Assembly (NCBI GenBank): GCA_002938205.1
Contig: PTKZ01000001.1
Span: forward strand, 9,354 to 73,353
DNA: 64,000 nt
Direction of reading: 5' to 3'
From: Alphaproteobacteria bacterium MarineAlpha5_Bin5
Lineage (GTDB): Bacteria; Pseudomonadota; Alphaproteobacteria; HIMB59; GCA-002718135
In this document: positions 19,388 to 28,232 of the stretch, piece after piece
Layout of the letters: every line of letters starts with the position of its first letter
Position numbering within the stretch: position 1 is the first letter of the stretch
The notes under the pieces: generated by a model
What the model was told of the DNA's origin: nothing
What the model saw: only the letters and a program-made list of their open reading frames with translations
The model's database searches: none
Made by a program: the position numbers and the translations under genes

Positions 19388-19822
19388 TTGAATAAGCGTT
19401 CTTTATATAACAAGGGGTTCTCTTTGATAGAACTCCTTGTTGTCGTTGGTATTATCGGTATTTTGGCTGCAGTGGGCATTGTATCCTATGTAGGTTACGT
19501 TGCAGGGGCTCAAAAGACTGATGCTCAAAATAATATGCAAGCAATGTATATGGTTCAAGAAGAATATAAAGCAAGTAATGCTTTAAACACTTATTACACA
19601 ACAAGTACTGGAAATACATGCACACCTAATTCTAGCAACCACAACAACATTAATACAAATTTATTTGGCGGCAAGGAGCAAATTGATATTTCTGATCCTA
19701 AATTTGTTTTCTGTATTGCTGGTGGTTCTGGTAGCGATGGAGGTTTTAAAATTTTTTCTCAAAGACCTGATGGTTCTGATCAAATGACTCTTAATGCTAA
19801 TAATGCAAAAAGCGGTTGGTAA
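19388..19822 (+). CDS. Type IV pilin, PilE-like
   Basis: KG|FSLIE; DAQNNMQAMYMVQEEY helix; C-terminal W typical of PilE; TTG start. Confidence 0.75.
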   Translation: MNKRSLYNKGFSLIELLVVVGIIGILAAVGIVSYVGYVAGAQKTDAQNNMQAMYMVQEEYKASNALNTYYTTSTGNTCTPNSSNHNNINTNLFGGKEQIDISDPKFVFCIAGGSGSDGGFKIFSQRPDGSDQMTLNANNAKSGW

Positions 19823-19826
19823 AAAA

Positions 19827-20168
19827 TTATTCCTGAATTGTATCTACAATTTTAAAAATACTATCAAGTCTAGCCAATTTAATTACTTTTAACACACCAG
19901 GACTTGTTTTAAATAAATAAAAATTTACTCCAGCTTTTACTGCTTGTTGATGAGAATGAATTAAACTCGCTATACCTGAAGAATCTATATAACTAACCTC
20001 TGATAAATCAGCATAAACAGATTTCGCTATTGTAAAATTATGTTCTTTCTTATTGATCTCTATTTGTGCTAAGATTTTTTCTTTAACTTCTGGAGATACG
20101 CTTAGATCAACTTCTCCTGATATACGCACCATTGATCCATTATTTATATTCTCTACAGTAATAGCCAT
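19827..20168 (-). CDS. STAS anti-sigma-factor antagonist (RsbV/SpoIIAA-like)
   Basis: SGEVDL, DLSEVSYIDSSG phosphoacceptor motif, LARLD. Confidence 0.92.
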   Translation of the reverse strand: MAITVENINNGSMVRISGEVDLSVSPEVKEKILAQIEINKKEHNFTIAKSVYADLSEVSYIDSSGIASLIHSHQQAVKAGVNFYLFKTSPGVLKVIKLARLDSIFKIVDTIQE

Positions 20169-20304
20169 AATTCAAAAAAATAATCTCCATACATATTATG
20201 ATTTATTATTATATCAAGAATTATATTGAGACATTAATTTATATTTTATTAATACAAAACTTCTTCTGGAAAATTTATTTTAATTTGTTAAAAGTTTACT
20301 ATTA

Positions 20305-20709
20305 ATGGAAGACACAAGGCTTGATATTGCTGCAACAGCAGAAAATTTAAAAGAAATAAGACAATTTGTAAGGAATTACATTGATAAATGTGGGGGGCTT
20401 GATCAATATAAAGATGAGTTGGTTTTAGCAATTGATGAAGCATGTCAGAATGTAGTGCGTCATGCCTACAAAGATATAAAGGGGGAAATAGCGCTTAAAT
20501 TAAGTTTCAAAAATAATGAGTTTATTGTTACAGTAGAAGATGATGGAACGCCTGCTATACCAGAAAAAATTAAACCAAGAAATCTTGATGATGTAAAACC
20601 AGGAGGACTCGGAACATTTTTTATTAATCAAATTATGGATAGCGTTTCTTTTCAATTATCTTCTCCCCATTGGACTAATTGTCTTATAATGAAAAAAAAA
20701 ATAAAATAA
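20305..20709 (+). CDS. RsbW/SpoIIAB-like anti-sigma Ser kinase (HATPase_c_2)
   Basis: LAIDEACQNVVRHAY N-box, VEDDG, GGLG...MD. Confidence 0.92.
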   Translation: MEDTRLDIAATAENLKEIRQFVRNYIDKCGGLDQYKDELVLAIDEACQNVVRHAYKDIKGEIALKLSFKNNEFIVTVEDDGTPAIPEKIKPRNLDDVKPGGLGTFFINQIMDSVSFQLSSPHWTNCLIMKKKIK

Positions 20710-20713
20710 AAAT

Positions 20714-20932
20714 GTGAATATTTTTCTATTTACTACAATAGCAGTAACAGCATTGACAATATTTGTTTTAATATATTCTTATTCTTTGCAATTTTTTAGT
20801 TTATCAAAAAAAGGAAAAGAATGGAGAGAACGAATTAAACAAGATACTTTAGTAGGTCTTGCTATTATTTTTTTAACTTTAATAAGTTGTTTTTTATGGG
20901 TGATTTTTATTTATTTTAGAATCTTTGTATAA
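20714..20932 (+). CDS. Small two-TM membrane protein
   Basis: Two hydrophobic segments; GTG start 4 nt after the kinase stop. Confidence 0.55.
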   Translation: MNIFLFTTIAVTALTIFVLIYSYSLQFFSLSKKGKEWRERIKQDTLVGLAIIFLTLISCFLWVIFIYFRIFV

Positions 20933-20934
20933 AA

Positions 20935-21384
20935 TTAGAGCTTATTTTTTGCAGTATTGTTTTGTAGGATTGATTCAAGAGCCTTGTTAATATCTTTTGG
21001 TCCATTCTCTATTTTACACTGACCTATACTCACATGGGTTGAGTTTTTTAATTCAAGTGTTTTCCTATTAATATAATGTTTGTTTTCATTAAATTTAGGT
21101 CTGTAGTATATTTTATTGATATTAAAAATTAATCTTTTTGGTGAATATTTAATTCTCCCATCTTTTTTTGTTATAATAGTATATTGTAACATTTTAGAAC
21201 AACCGAAATAAAATCCAATTGATTCAAGAGGTCTTTGCTCATTGTAACATGTAAGAGCTATTGCTGTTAAATCATTTGTTTTTGTACACGTTTCTGAAAA
21301 GTTAGTTGTTGGAGTTATTGCAAAGGCATGATGTGAAGTGAAGAATAATGGCAATATAAAAATAAAAACTAAAATTTTTTTCAT
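20935..21384 (-). CDS. Hypothetical secreted protein
   Basis: Probable start MKKILVF at 21384; signal peptide ending AFA; several Cys. Confidence 0.6.
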   Translation of the reverse strand: MKKILVFIFILPLFFTSHHAFAITPTTNFSETCTKTNDLTAIALTCYNEQRPLESIGFYFGCSKMLQYTIITKKDGRIKYSPKRLIFNINKIYYRPKFNENKHYINRKTLELKNSTHVSIGQCKIENGPKDINKALESILQNNTAKNKL

Positions 21385-21385
21385 A

Positions 21386-21646
21386 CTATTTATCAGTACA
21401 ATCAAATTTATAATCATGTAAACTCTTTACTATCCTATAATCACGACTTTCTTGTTTATTAAGTTTATGTATTTTTCCTTTTTCATCACAAAAACTTTTT
21501 GCATATAAATTTGCTTTGTCAAAATTTTTCTCAAAAGCTTGAATTTTTATTGCGTTTTCTTGAGTATCTATAATTTTAAATGGAGCTGTTGTAGGCATGA
21601 CAACTACTGTAACTAAAACAGCTGCAAGAGCTAAAAATCCTATCAT
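21386..21646 (-). CDS. Small hypothetical membrane-anchored protein
   Basis: N-terminal hydrophobic stretch, two Cys; abuts the next gene. Confidence 0.55.
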   Translation of the reverse strand: MIGFLALAAVLVTVVVMPTTAPFKIIDTQENAIKIQAFEKNFDKANLYAKSFCDEKGKIHKLNKQESRDYRIVKSLHDYKFDCTDK

Positions 21647-21720
21647 AATATTTTATTCATATATGATTTATAGATTGTGTCAAATATTTGAAGAATATTA
21701 ATATTAAGAAATTAGTATAA

Positions 21721-22533
21721 CTAATAGATTTTTTTCTTTTCTAAAAAATCTAGTATTTTTTTTACAACATCAAATTCAAATAAATTATTATGATTTGCAT
21801 TAGGAATAAATAATGATTTTTTAGGTTCCTTTGCGGCTGCAAATACTTTTTTACCAAAGCTAATGTCAATCACATTATCTTTTTCGCCGTGTAAAATTAG
21901 AAGAGGGGATCTGATTTTGTTAATAATATCAATAATATTATATTGATCAAAGATTAACCATTTTGCAGGAAGATACCAATAATGTTTTTGAGCAACATCG
22001 GCTATCGATGTATAAGGAGCTTCTAAAACTGTAGCTGCGAATTCTGCTTCAGATGATAACTTCACTGCTATTCCACAACCTAAGGATTCACCATAAAGAA
22101 TTATTTTTTCAGATTTGATTTTGTTTTTTGATAAAAATTCAATTGCTGCTAAAGCATCATAAAGCAAACCTTTTTCAGAAGGTTTGCCTGGATTATCTGC
22201 ATAACCTCTATATTCTAGAAAAAATAAACCATAACCAGCATCAATAAAGGGTTTAAATTTATTTACTCTATGACCGACATGACCCCCATTGCCATGAAAA
22301 ATTAAAATTGTATGTTCATCTTGAGATGTTGGTTTTTTTATCCAAGATTTTAAAACTAATCCATCTTTAGTCTTGAGGGAGATTTCTTCTAATCCTGTGT
22401 TTAGAAAATAAACACTATCCACTTTTTCTTTATCTGGGAAATAAAGGAAGGATCTTTGAAAAATAAATAATGAAATAATTAAAATTAGATATCCAATGCA
22501 GACATAAAACAGAATAAGTAACATTTTTTTCAT
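21721..22533 (-). CDS. Alpha/beta hydrolase (ABHD13/Bem46-like)
   Basis: FHGNGG, EYRGY, GESLG nucleophile elbow, HGEKD, HN. Confidence 0.88.
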   Translation of the reverse strand: MKKMLLILFYVCIGYLILIISLFIFQRSFLYFPDKEKVDSVYFLNTGLEEISLKTKDGLVLKSWIKKPTSQDEHTILIFHGNGGHVGHRVNKFKPFIDAGYGLFFLEYRGYADNPGKPSEKGLLYDALAAIEFLSKNKIKSEKIILYGESLGCGIAVKLSSEAEFAATVLEAPYTSIADVAQKHYWYLPAKWLIFDQYNIIDIINKIRSPLLILHGEKDNVIDISFGKKVFAAAKEPKKSLFIPNANHNNLFEFDVVKKILDFLEKKKIY

Positions 22534-22881
22534 TTAAAAATTAAATTATTTTAAGACAATACTATATTAGTATTTTTTAATAAATTTAATTTAGAAATAA
22601 AAAAAATGATTTTGTAGTGTCATAAATTTGCACCACACCCAAATAATATAAATTATGCTTACATGTGATGCTTTTGGAGTTCTTCCTCCTATTAGTAAAC
22701 TTTCATTAGTCAAGCAATCTTTCATTTTATATCTGGATATACAGCCAATATACCTGGTACTGAATCTGATATTATTGAATCAGTTGCTACTTTTTTCACC
22801 ATGTTTTATAGATTATTTCAAAAAAATTTATTAAATTTGTCAAAATAATATAATATTTAATAAGCTATAAAGGAGAAAAAA

Positions 22882-23175
22882 ATGATTTATGTAATCGCTA
22901 AGCTACCATGTCATGAAGAAGGAGCCTCGAAACTTATTGATTGGGCAAAAAGTGACGATGGATTTTCAGTGACAAGAACATATAAGGGATTCAAGCACAT
23001 TGAACTTTTAGTTGAAGAGAATAATAAAACAATTTGGTTATATGAACAATGGGAAACAAAAGAGGATCATCAAGCATATTTGAATTTTAGAATAGAGAAT
23101 GGATTTGAAAACTTTTTAAAAGAAATATTAGAAGATGAATTTTCACTTTCATATTCAACTAATGCCGATATTTGA
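22882..23175 (+). CDS. Antibiotic-biosynthesis-monooxygenase (ABM)-like protein
   Basis: AAGGAG RBS; LYEQWETKEDHQAY motif. Confidence 0.75.
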   Translation: MIYVIAKLPCHEEGASKLIDWAKSDDGFSVTRTYKGFKHIELLVEENNKTIWLYEQWETKEDHQAYLNFRIENGFENFLKEILEDEFSLSYSTNADI

Positions 23176-23274
23176 TCTGAGAAATTAATTATTTTCATTT
23201 AGAAGCTTCAGATTTAGATTCTCAAATCAGGCCATTGTGCACTATGGGCTAATTAAAATTTATTTATATTAAAA

Positions 23275-23646
23275 ATGATTAACGTAGTTGCTGCTATTAT
23301 AAAAAAAGATAATCATTTTTTAATTGTGCAAAGAAATAGAAAAAAACATATGGGTTTAAAGTGGGAATTTCCCGGAGGAAAAGTTGAGAAAAATGAAACT
23401 TTTGAAGAAGCATTATTAAGGGAAATAAAAGAAGAACTGAATATCAAAATTGTTTTGCAAGATAAAATTGCTGAAGAAAAATATAAAGATGAAAAAATAG
23501 ATATAGTTTTACATTACTATTTATGCATTCAGGAAAGTGGCACTATTATACTTAACGAACATGAAAATCTAGCTTGGATTGAAAAAAAAGATTTTGAAAA
23601 ATATGACTTTGCAGAAGGTGATGGAAATATACTTTCATCATTGTAA
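23275..23646 (+). CDS. NUDIX hydrolase, MutT/NudG-like
   Basis: WEFPGGKVE...ALLREIKEEL Nudix box. Confidence 0.9.
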   Translation: MINVVAAIIKKDNHFLIVQRNRKKHMGLKWEFPGGKVEKNETFEEALLREIKEELNIKIVLQDKIAEEKYKDEKIDIVLHYYLCIQESGTIILNEHENLAWIEKKDFEKYDFAEGDGNILSSL

Positions 23647-23652
23647 TTTACT

Positions 23653-23763
23653 ATGAATATAAATTTTTTTAAAAAAACAAAGATTTTAGATGGAGGAATG
23701 GAGCAAGAATTACTTGCAAGGGGATTAAAAGCTAAAGGTTCTTTAGCTAATTTAAAATTTTAA
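23653..23763 (+). pseudogene. 5' fragment of a homocysteine S-methyltransferase family gene
   Basis: Hand translation MNINFFKKTKILDGGMEQELLARGLKAKGSL...stop after 36 codons. ILDGGM.QEL..RG is the HMT N-terminal motif. Confidence 0.65.
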
Positions 23764-23831
23764 CTATTCAATTAAATTAAAATTAATTTTCTATGCTAGA
23801 AATTATTAATTTATTATATTTTTTATGGCTA

Positions 23832-23852
23832 CGAATCCCTGTCTCTCCGCCA
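23832..23852 (+). repeat. Isolated tRNA-Ser 3' end (att-like remnant)
   Basis: CGAATCCCTGTCTCTCCGCCA: T-loop, T-stem, acceptor strand and GCCA end, with no 5' half upstream. Confidence 0.65.
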
Positions 23853-23916
23853 AAAATTTAAAATATGTAATAAATTTATTAATTTATTTTATAAGGTATT
23901 AAAAAAAGGAGAAATT

Positions 23917-23985
23917 ATGAATAAGTGGACTTGGATAATTGCTGCTGTAGTGGTGATTGTAATTATATACTTTGTTTTTGCATAA
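23917..23985 (+). CDS. 22-aa single-TM small protein
   Basis: AAGGAG RBS 5-6 nt before ATG; MNKWTWIIAAVVVIVIIYFVFA. Confidence 0.55.
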   Translation: MNKWTWIIAAVVVIVIIYFVFA

Positions 23986-24152
23986 TTTTATAAATATAAT
24001 TATTTTAAGTAATAATTAAAAAGTGTTTATGGAGGTAATGAATCGAGGGTTTAAATCCCTCGTTTTCCTCCAATAAAATTCCCAATTAATACGTAGGTAG
24101 TTGATTTCTAATAATTACAATTTTATTATTTTTTTAGCAATATAAATAAATA

Positions 24153-25607
24153 TTAAGAAATAATCTTATTAGAATGCTTTTCAGTATCTTCTAAAATGTG
24201 TTGAATTGTTTTTTTTGGTTTTAAGATCATAAAAATTTGATAGGAAAACATCGATTTGTAAATCTTAATTAATATTTTATTAATTTTTAATAGAAATGTT
24301 GAAAAAAAATTATTACTTATAGAAAGAGGGTAGGGCGGGGGCAAGCCTTTAATAAATTTAATTTCAAATTGTGAAGCAAATAATTTTTTAAATGATTGAA
24401 AAGTAAATAATCTAGTATGAGTTGAATCTAAAATTCCTCTTTTACCATAATTAAAGTAACCAAATAATAACATTATTCTTATAATTATAAATCCAATATT
24501 TCCAGTAGACGCAATAATTATTTGATTTGGATTTAAAGATTCATGTAATCTCTCTATAAAATTTTCTGGATTATGTAAATGCTCAATAATATCTAATAAT
24601 AAAACATAATCATATGATTTTATATCTTTAGGTAAATCAGTATTTAAATTTATTATTTCAAATTCATGATCGCATTCTCTTCTCTCACGATCCACACATT
24701 TTATTTTGCAATTTTTAATTTGTTTTAATTTTTTTAAATATTGTCCAGTGTGTGAACCCAAATCAATAATTGATGAATCTTTTATTATATTATCAAATAA
24801 TATTGAATGCGTTGATTCAAAATCCATTTTATTTTCATATTTATCTTTTATTTCAACAAATCTATACTTGCTATCATAAAAAATACCTTTTTGTTGTAGG
24901 CTAAAAATTAATGTTTGTTTTAATATATTGTATGCATATTTGAATCCATTCACGTATGAAATTTCATCTCCGTAATATGTAGGAATTGAAAATTCATTAA
25001 TTTGATATTTCATACCAACAAATTGTAAAATAATTTCAGTATCAAAATGAAAATCATCTGAATTTAAGTTAAATTTTATTTCCTTCAAATGTTTAACAGA
25101 ATAAATTCTGTACCCAGTGTGAAATTCACTTAAAGTTGTATTAAGTAATGTATTTTGTAATTTTGTAAGAATAATATTACCTACAAATTTATATAAAGGC
25201 ATTTTTCCTTTAAGTGCATTTTTTTTAATTAACATTCTTGAACCTAGAGTTAAAGCTGATCTGTTAATTAAGTGATAATTTAAAAAATCATTTATAATTT
25301 CAGGAGCATATTGACCATCACCATGTAAAAGAGTTAAAGTATCAAAATTATTTTTAATTGCATATTGGATTCCTATTTTTTGATTTCCTCCATAGCCATA
25401 GTTTTTAGAATTTTTTAAGATTTTTATATTTATATGTTTATTTTGTTTTTTCCACTCTTGGGCAATTTTAAATGTTTTATCTTCTGATGCATCATCAGCT
25501 ACGAGTATTTCATAATTTTCTTTCTTTATTGAATCTGGTAATCTGTCTAAAACCTGATTAATAAATTTTTCATGATTATATGCTACAATGAATATTAGAT
25601 GTTCCAT
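24153..25607 (-). CDS. GT2 glycosyltransferase fused to a class I SAM methyltransferase-like domain
   Basis: VAYNHE, DDASEDKT, NYGYGGNQK, HGDGQY, FHFDTE; C-terminal IDLGS, LLDIIEHL, GILDSTH. Confidence 0.88.
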   Translation of the reverse strand: MEHLIFIVAYNHEKFINQVLDRLPDSIKKENYEILVADDASEDKTFKIAQEWKKQNKHINIKILKNSKNYGYGGNQKIGIQYAIKNNFDTLTLLHGDGQYAPEIINDFLNYHLINRSALTLGSRMLIKKNALKGKMPLYKFVGNIILTKLQNTLLNTTLSEFHTGYRIYSVKHLKEIKFNLNSDDFHFDTEIILQFVGMKYQINEFSIPTYYGDEISYVNGFKYAYNILKQTLIFSLQQKGIFYDSKYRFVEIKDKYENKMDFESTHSILFDNIIKDSSIIDLGSHTGQYLKKLKQIKNCKIKCVDRERRECDHEFEIINLNTDLPKDIKSYDYVLLLDIIEHLHNPENFIERLHESLNPNQIIIASTGNIGFIIIRIMLLFGYFNYGKRGILDSTHTRLFTFQSFKKLFASQFEIKFIKGLPPPYPLSISNNFFSTFLLKINKILIKIYKSMFSYQIFMILKPKKTIQHILEDTEKHSNKIIS

Positions 25608-25624
25608 TGAATTTTATTAATAAT

Positions 25625-27202
25625 TTATATCACTGATTGAATCAAATTCTTTGTATATTCATTTTTAGGATTATTAAATATTTGATTAGCTTTATTTGTT
25701 TCAATTAATTCACCATTTTTTAATACTAATATTTTGTCTGATACTGCCCGTATTACCTTCATATCATGGCTAATAAAAATAAAACTAAGGGAATATTTTT
25801 CTTGTAAGTTATTAAGAAGTTCAATAATTTGATTTTGTATTGTAACATCTAATGCAGAGGTAGGTTCATCAAGTATTAAAATTTTAGGATTAAGTATTAA
25901 TGCTCTTGCAATAGCTATTCTTTGTCTCTGCCCTCCAGAAAATTCATGAGGGTATCGATTATAATTTTCACTATAATTTAATCCAACTTCATGTAAAATT
26001 ACTTTAACTTTATTTTTTTTTTCAATTATGGGTATATTAGGAAAATGAATTCGTAATCCTTCAGATATTATTTCCTCAACCGTCATTCTTGGACTTAGTG
26101 ATGAGTAAGGATCCTGAAATATTATTTGAATATTTTTTCTAAATTTTTTTATGTTACTTCTTTTTATTTCTTCAATATTTTTTCCGTTTATTTTTATTTT
26201 TCCATTTGAATTAATTAATTTAAGAATTGCTAAAACAAGTGATGTTTTGCCTGAACCAGATTCTCCAACAATACCTAAAGTTTCCTTTTCTTTAAGATTA
26301 AAACTTAAATTTTGAATTGCTTTAACGTAATTAACTGTTCTTCTTAGTAATCCTTTTTTTATTGGATACCATACTTTAAGATTCTCTACTTCTATTATAT
26401 TTTTTGAGTTAAAATTTTTTTTATTTCTAATTTGATTTTGAAAACTAATCAGTTCTTTAGTGTACTTATGTTTAGGGTAATCAAAAATTTGTTTTTTATT
26501 ATTGTTTTCAATGATTTTACCTGATTTCATTACATAAACAAAATCTGCCATTTTTTTTACTACAGCAAGATCGTGACTGATAAAAAGCATAGACATACCA
26601 AGTTTTGTTTGAATATTTTTTAATAATTTTAATATTTGCATTTGAACTGTTACATCTAGAGCAGTAGTGGGTTCATCAGCTATTAGAAGATCAGGATTAT
26701 TTGCAATACTCATTGCAATCATTACTCTTTGTCTTTGACCTCCAGATAACTCATAAGAGTATAGTTTAGGCCTATTAGATATACTTTCAAGACCAACTTC
26801 TCTTAAGAGTGAGATAGTTTTTCTTTTAGCTTCATTTTTAGAAATTTTTTGATGCGTTAATAATATTTCTTCCATTTGTTTATTTATTGTATGCAGAGGG
26901 TTTAGACTTGTCATTGGTTCTTGAAAAATAGTTGAAATTTTATTACCTCTAATATTTTCAATTTCTTTTGAAGAACATTCTAAAATATTTTTTTGATTAT
27001 AAATAATTTCACCACTTTCTAATTTTGCTCCACTAGGCAGTAGTTTTAGTATACTAAGCGCCGTAAGTGTTTTGCCAGAACCCGATTCTCCAACTATAGC
27101 AACAGTTTTGCCTTTTGGAATATTTATATTAACCGAGCTGACTACTCTTTCATTTTTTTTAAAATATATACTAAGATTGTTTATTGAGATTAAATTTTTC
27201 AT
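25625..27202 (-). CDS. yejF: Peptide ABC transporter dual ATPase YejF
   Basis: Two ABC cassettes (GESGSGKT, LSGGQRQR / FSGGQRQR). Confidence 0.88.
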   Translation of the reverse strand: MKNLISINNLSIYFKKNERVVSSVNINIPKGKTVAIVGESGSGKTLTALSILKLLPSGAKLESGEIIYNQKNILECSSKEIENIRGNKISTIFQEPMTSLNPLHTINKQMEEILLTHQKISKNEAKRKTISLLREVGLESISNRPKLYSYELSGGQRQRVMIAMSIANNPDLLIADEPTTALDVTVQMQILKLLKNIQTKLGMSMLFISHDLAVVKKMADFVYVMKSGKIIENNNKKQIFDYPKHKYTKELISFQNQIRNKKNFNSKNIIEVENLKVWYPIKKGLLRRTVNYVKAIQNLSFNLKEKETLGIVGESGSGKTSLVLAILKLINSNGKIKINGKNIEEIKRSNIKKFRKNIQIIFQDPYSSLSPRMTVEEIISEGLRIHFPNIPIIEKKNKVKVILHEVGLNYSENYNRYPHEFSGGQRQRIAIARALILNPKILILDEPTSALDVTIQNQIIELLNNLQEKYSLSFIFISHDMKVIRAVSDKILVLKNGELIETNKANQIFNNPKNEYTKNLIQSVI

Positions 27203-27203
27203 T

Positions 27204-28232
27204 TTATAAAAATGTTTTCCTCGGATCTAAAGCATCTCTGATCGCTTCACCGACAAAAACAAGCAATCCCAACATTAATCCGAGTGTAAAAAAACTTGTT
27301 AAACCAAGCCAAGGAGCTTGTAGATTGTTTCTTCCTTGATTAACCATTTCACCAAGTGATGCAGAGCCAGGAGGTAATCCAAATCCTAAAAAATCTAAAC
27401 CAGATAGTGTAGTTACTGAGGCGCTAAGACTAAATGGAAGAAAAGTGATTGTTGCAACAGTTGCATTTGGGAGCATATGTCTAAAAATAATTGTTATGTT
27501 AGAGACCCCTAAAGCCTTTGCTGCTCTTATATAATCAAAATTTCTAGCTCTTAAAAATTCCGCTCTAACCACACCAACATATCCCATCCAGCTAAATAAA
27601 AGCAATATCAGCAAAAGCCACCAAAAATTAGGCTGAATAACACTCGCTAAAATAATTAGAACATAAAGAGTTGGAATTGCAGACCATATTTCCATAAAAC
27701 GTTGAAAAAATAAATCAGTTTTACCTCCAAAATATCCTTGAATTGCTCCTGCGCTTACTCCAATAATCATTGAAAAAAAAGTTAAAGCAAAACCAAATAA
27801 GATTGATATTCTAAAACCGTATATCAGTCTTGCTAAAACATCTCTTGCTTGATCGTCGGTTCCTAGTAAGTTTTTTTTGCTCGGGGGTGATGGTGCAGGA
27901 ACATCAATATTTCTTATAATAGTATTATATGAGTAAGGAATAATTGGCATAATCATCCACCCTGAATTATTAATTAAATTTATTACGTAAGGATCTCTGT
28001 AATCAGCTTCTGTTTCAAAATCGCCACCAAAAATTGTTTCTGGATATGATTGTAGAACAGGAAAGTAATATTCAGAATTATATTTTACTAATAAAGGTTT
28101 ATCATTTGAAATAAAATTCGCAAAAAGAGAAATAATAAATAATGCTGTAAATATACAAAATGAATATAGTCCACGTTTATTAGATACGAAGTTTTTAATA
28201 CGTCTTCTATTTAGAGGGGAAAATTTAATCAT
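27204..28232 (-). CDS. yejE: Peptide ABC permease YejE
   Basis: FGGDFETEADYRDP, LGTDDQARDVLARLIYGFR. Confidence 0.9.
   Translation of the reverse strand: MIKFSPLNRRRIKNFVSNKRGLYSFCIFTALFIISLFANFISNDKPLLVKYNSEYYFPVLQSYPETIFGGDFETEADYRDPYVINLINNSGWMIMPIIPYSYNTIIRNIDVPAPSPPSKKNLLGTDDQARDVLARLIYGFRISILFGFALTFFSMIIGVSAGAIQGYFGGKTDLFFQRFMEIWSAIPTLYVLIILASVIQPNFWWLLLILLLFSWMGYVGVVRAEFLRARNFDYIRAAKALGVSNITIIFRHMLPNATVATITFLPFSLSASVTTLSGLDFLGFGLPPGSASLGEMVNQGRNNLQAPWLGLTSFFTLGLMLGLLVFVGEAIRDALDPRKTFL

Noticed and set aside
18869-19822. Tandem pilins as a silent-cassette antigenic variation system
   Set aside because: Both have full signal peptides, differ at synonymous positions in the shared N-terminus, and the second looks like PilE. 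No recombination repeats were seen.
22560-22860. Possible degraded gene in the long intergenic gap
   Set aside because: Only short stop-interrupted frames with no family I can recognise.
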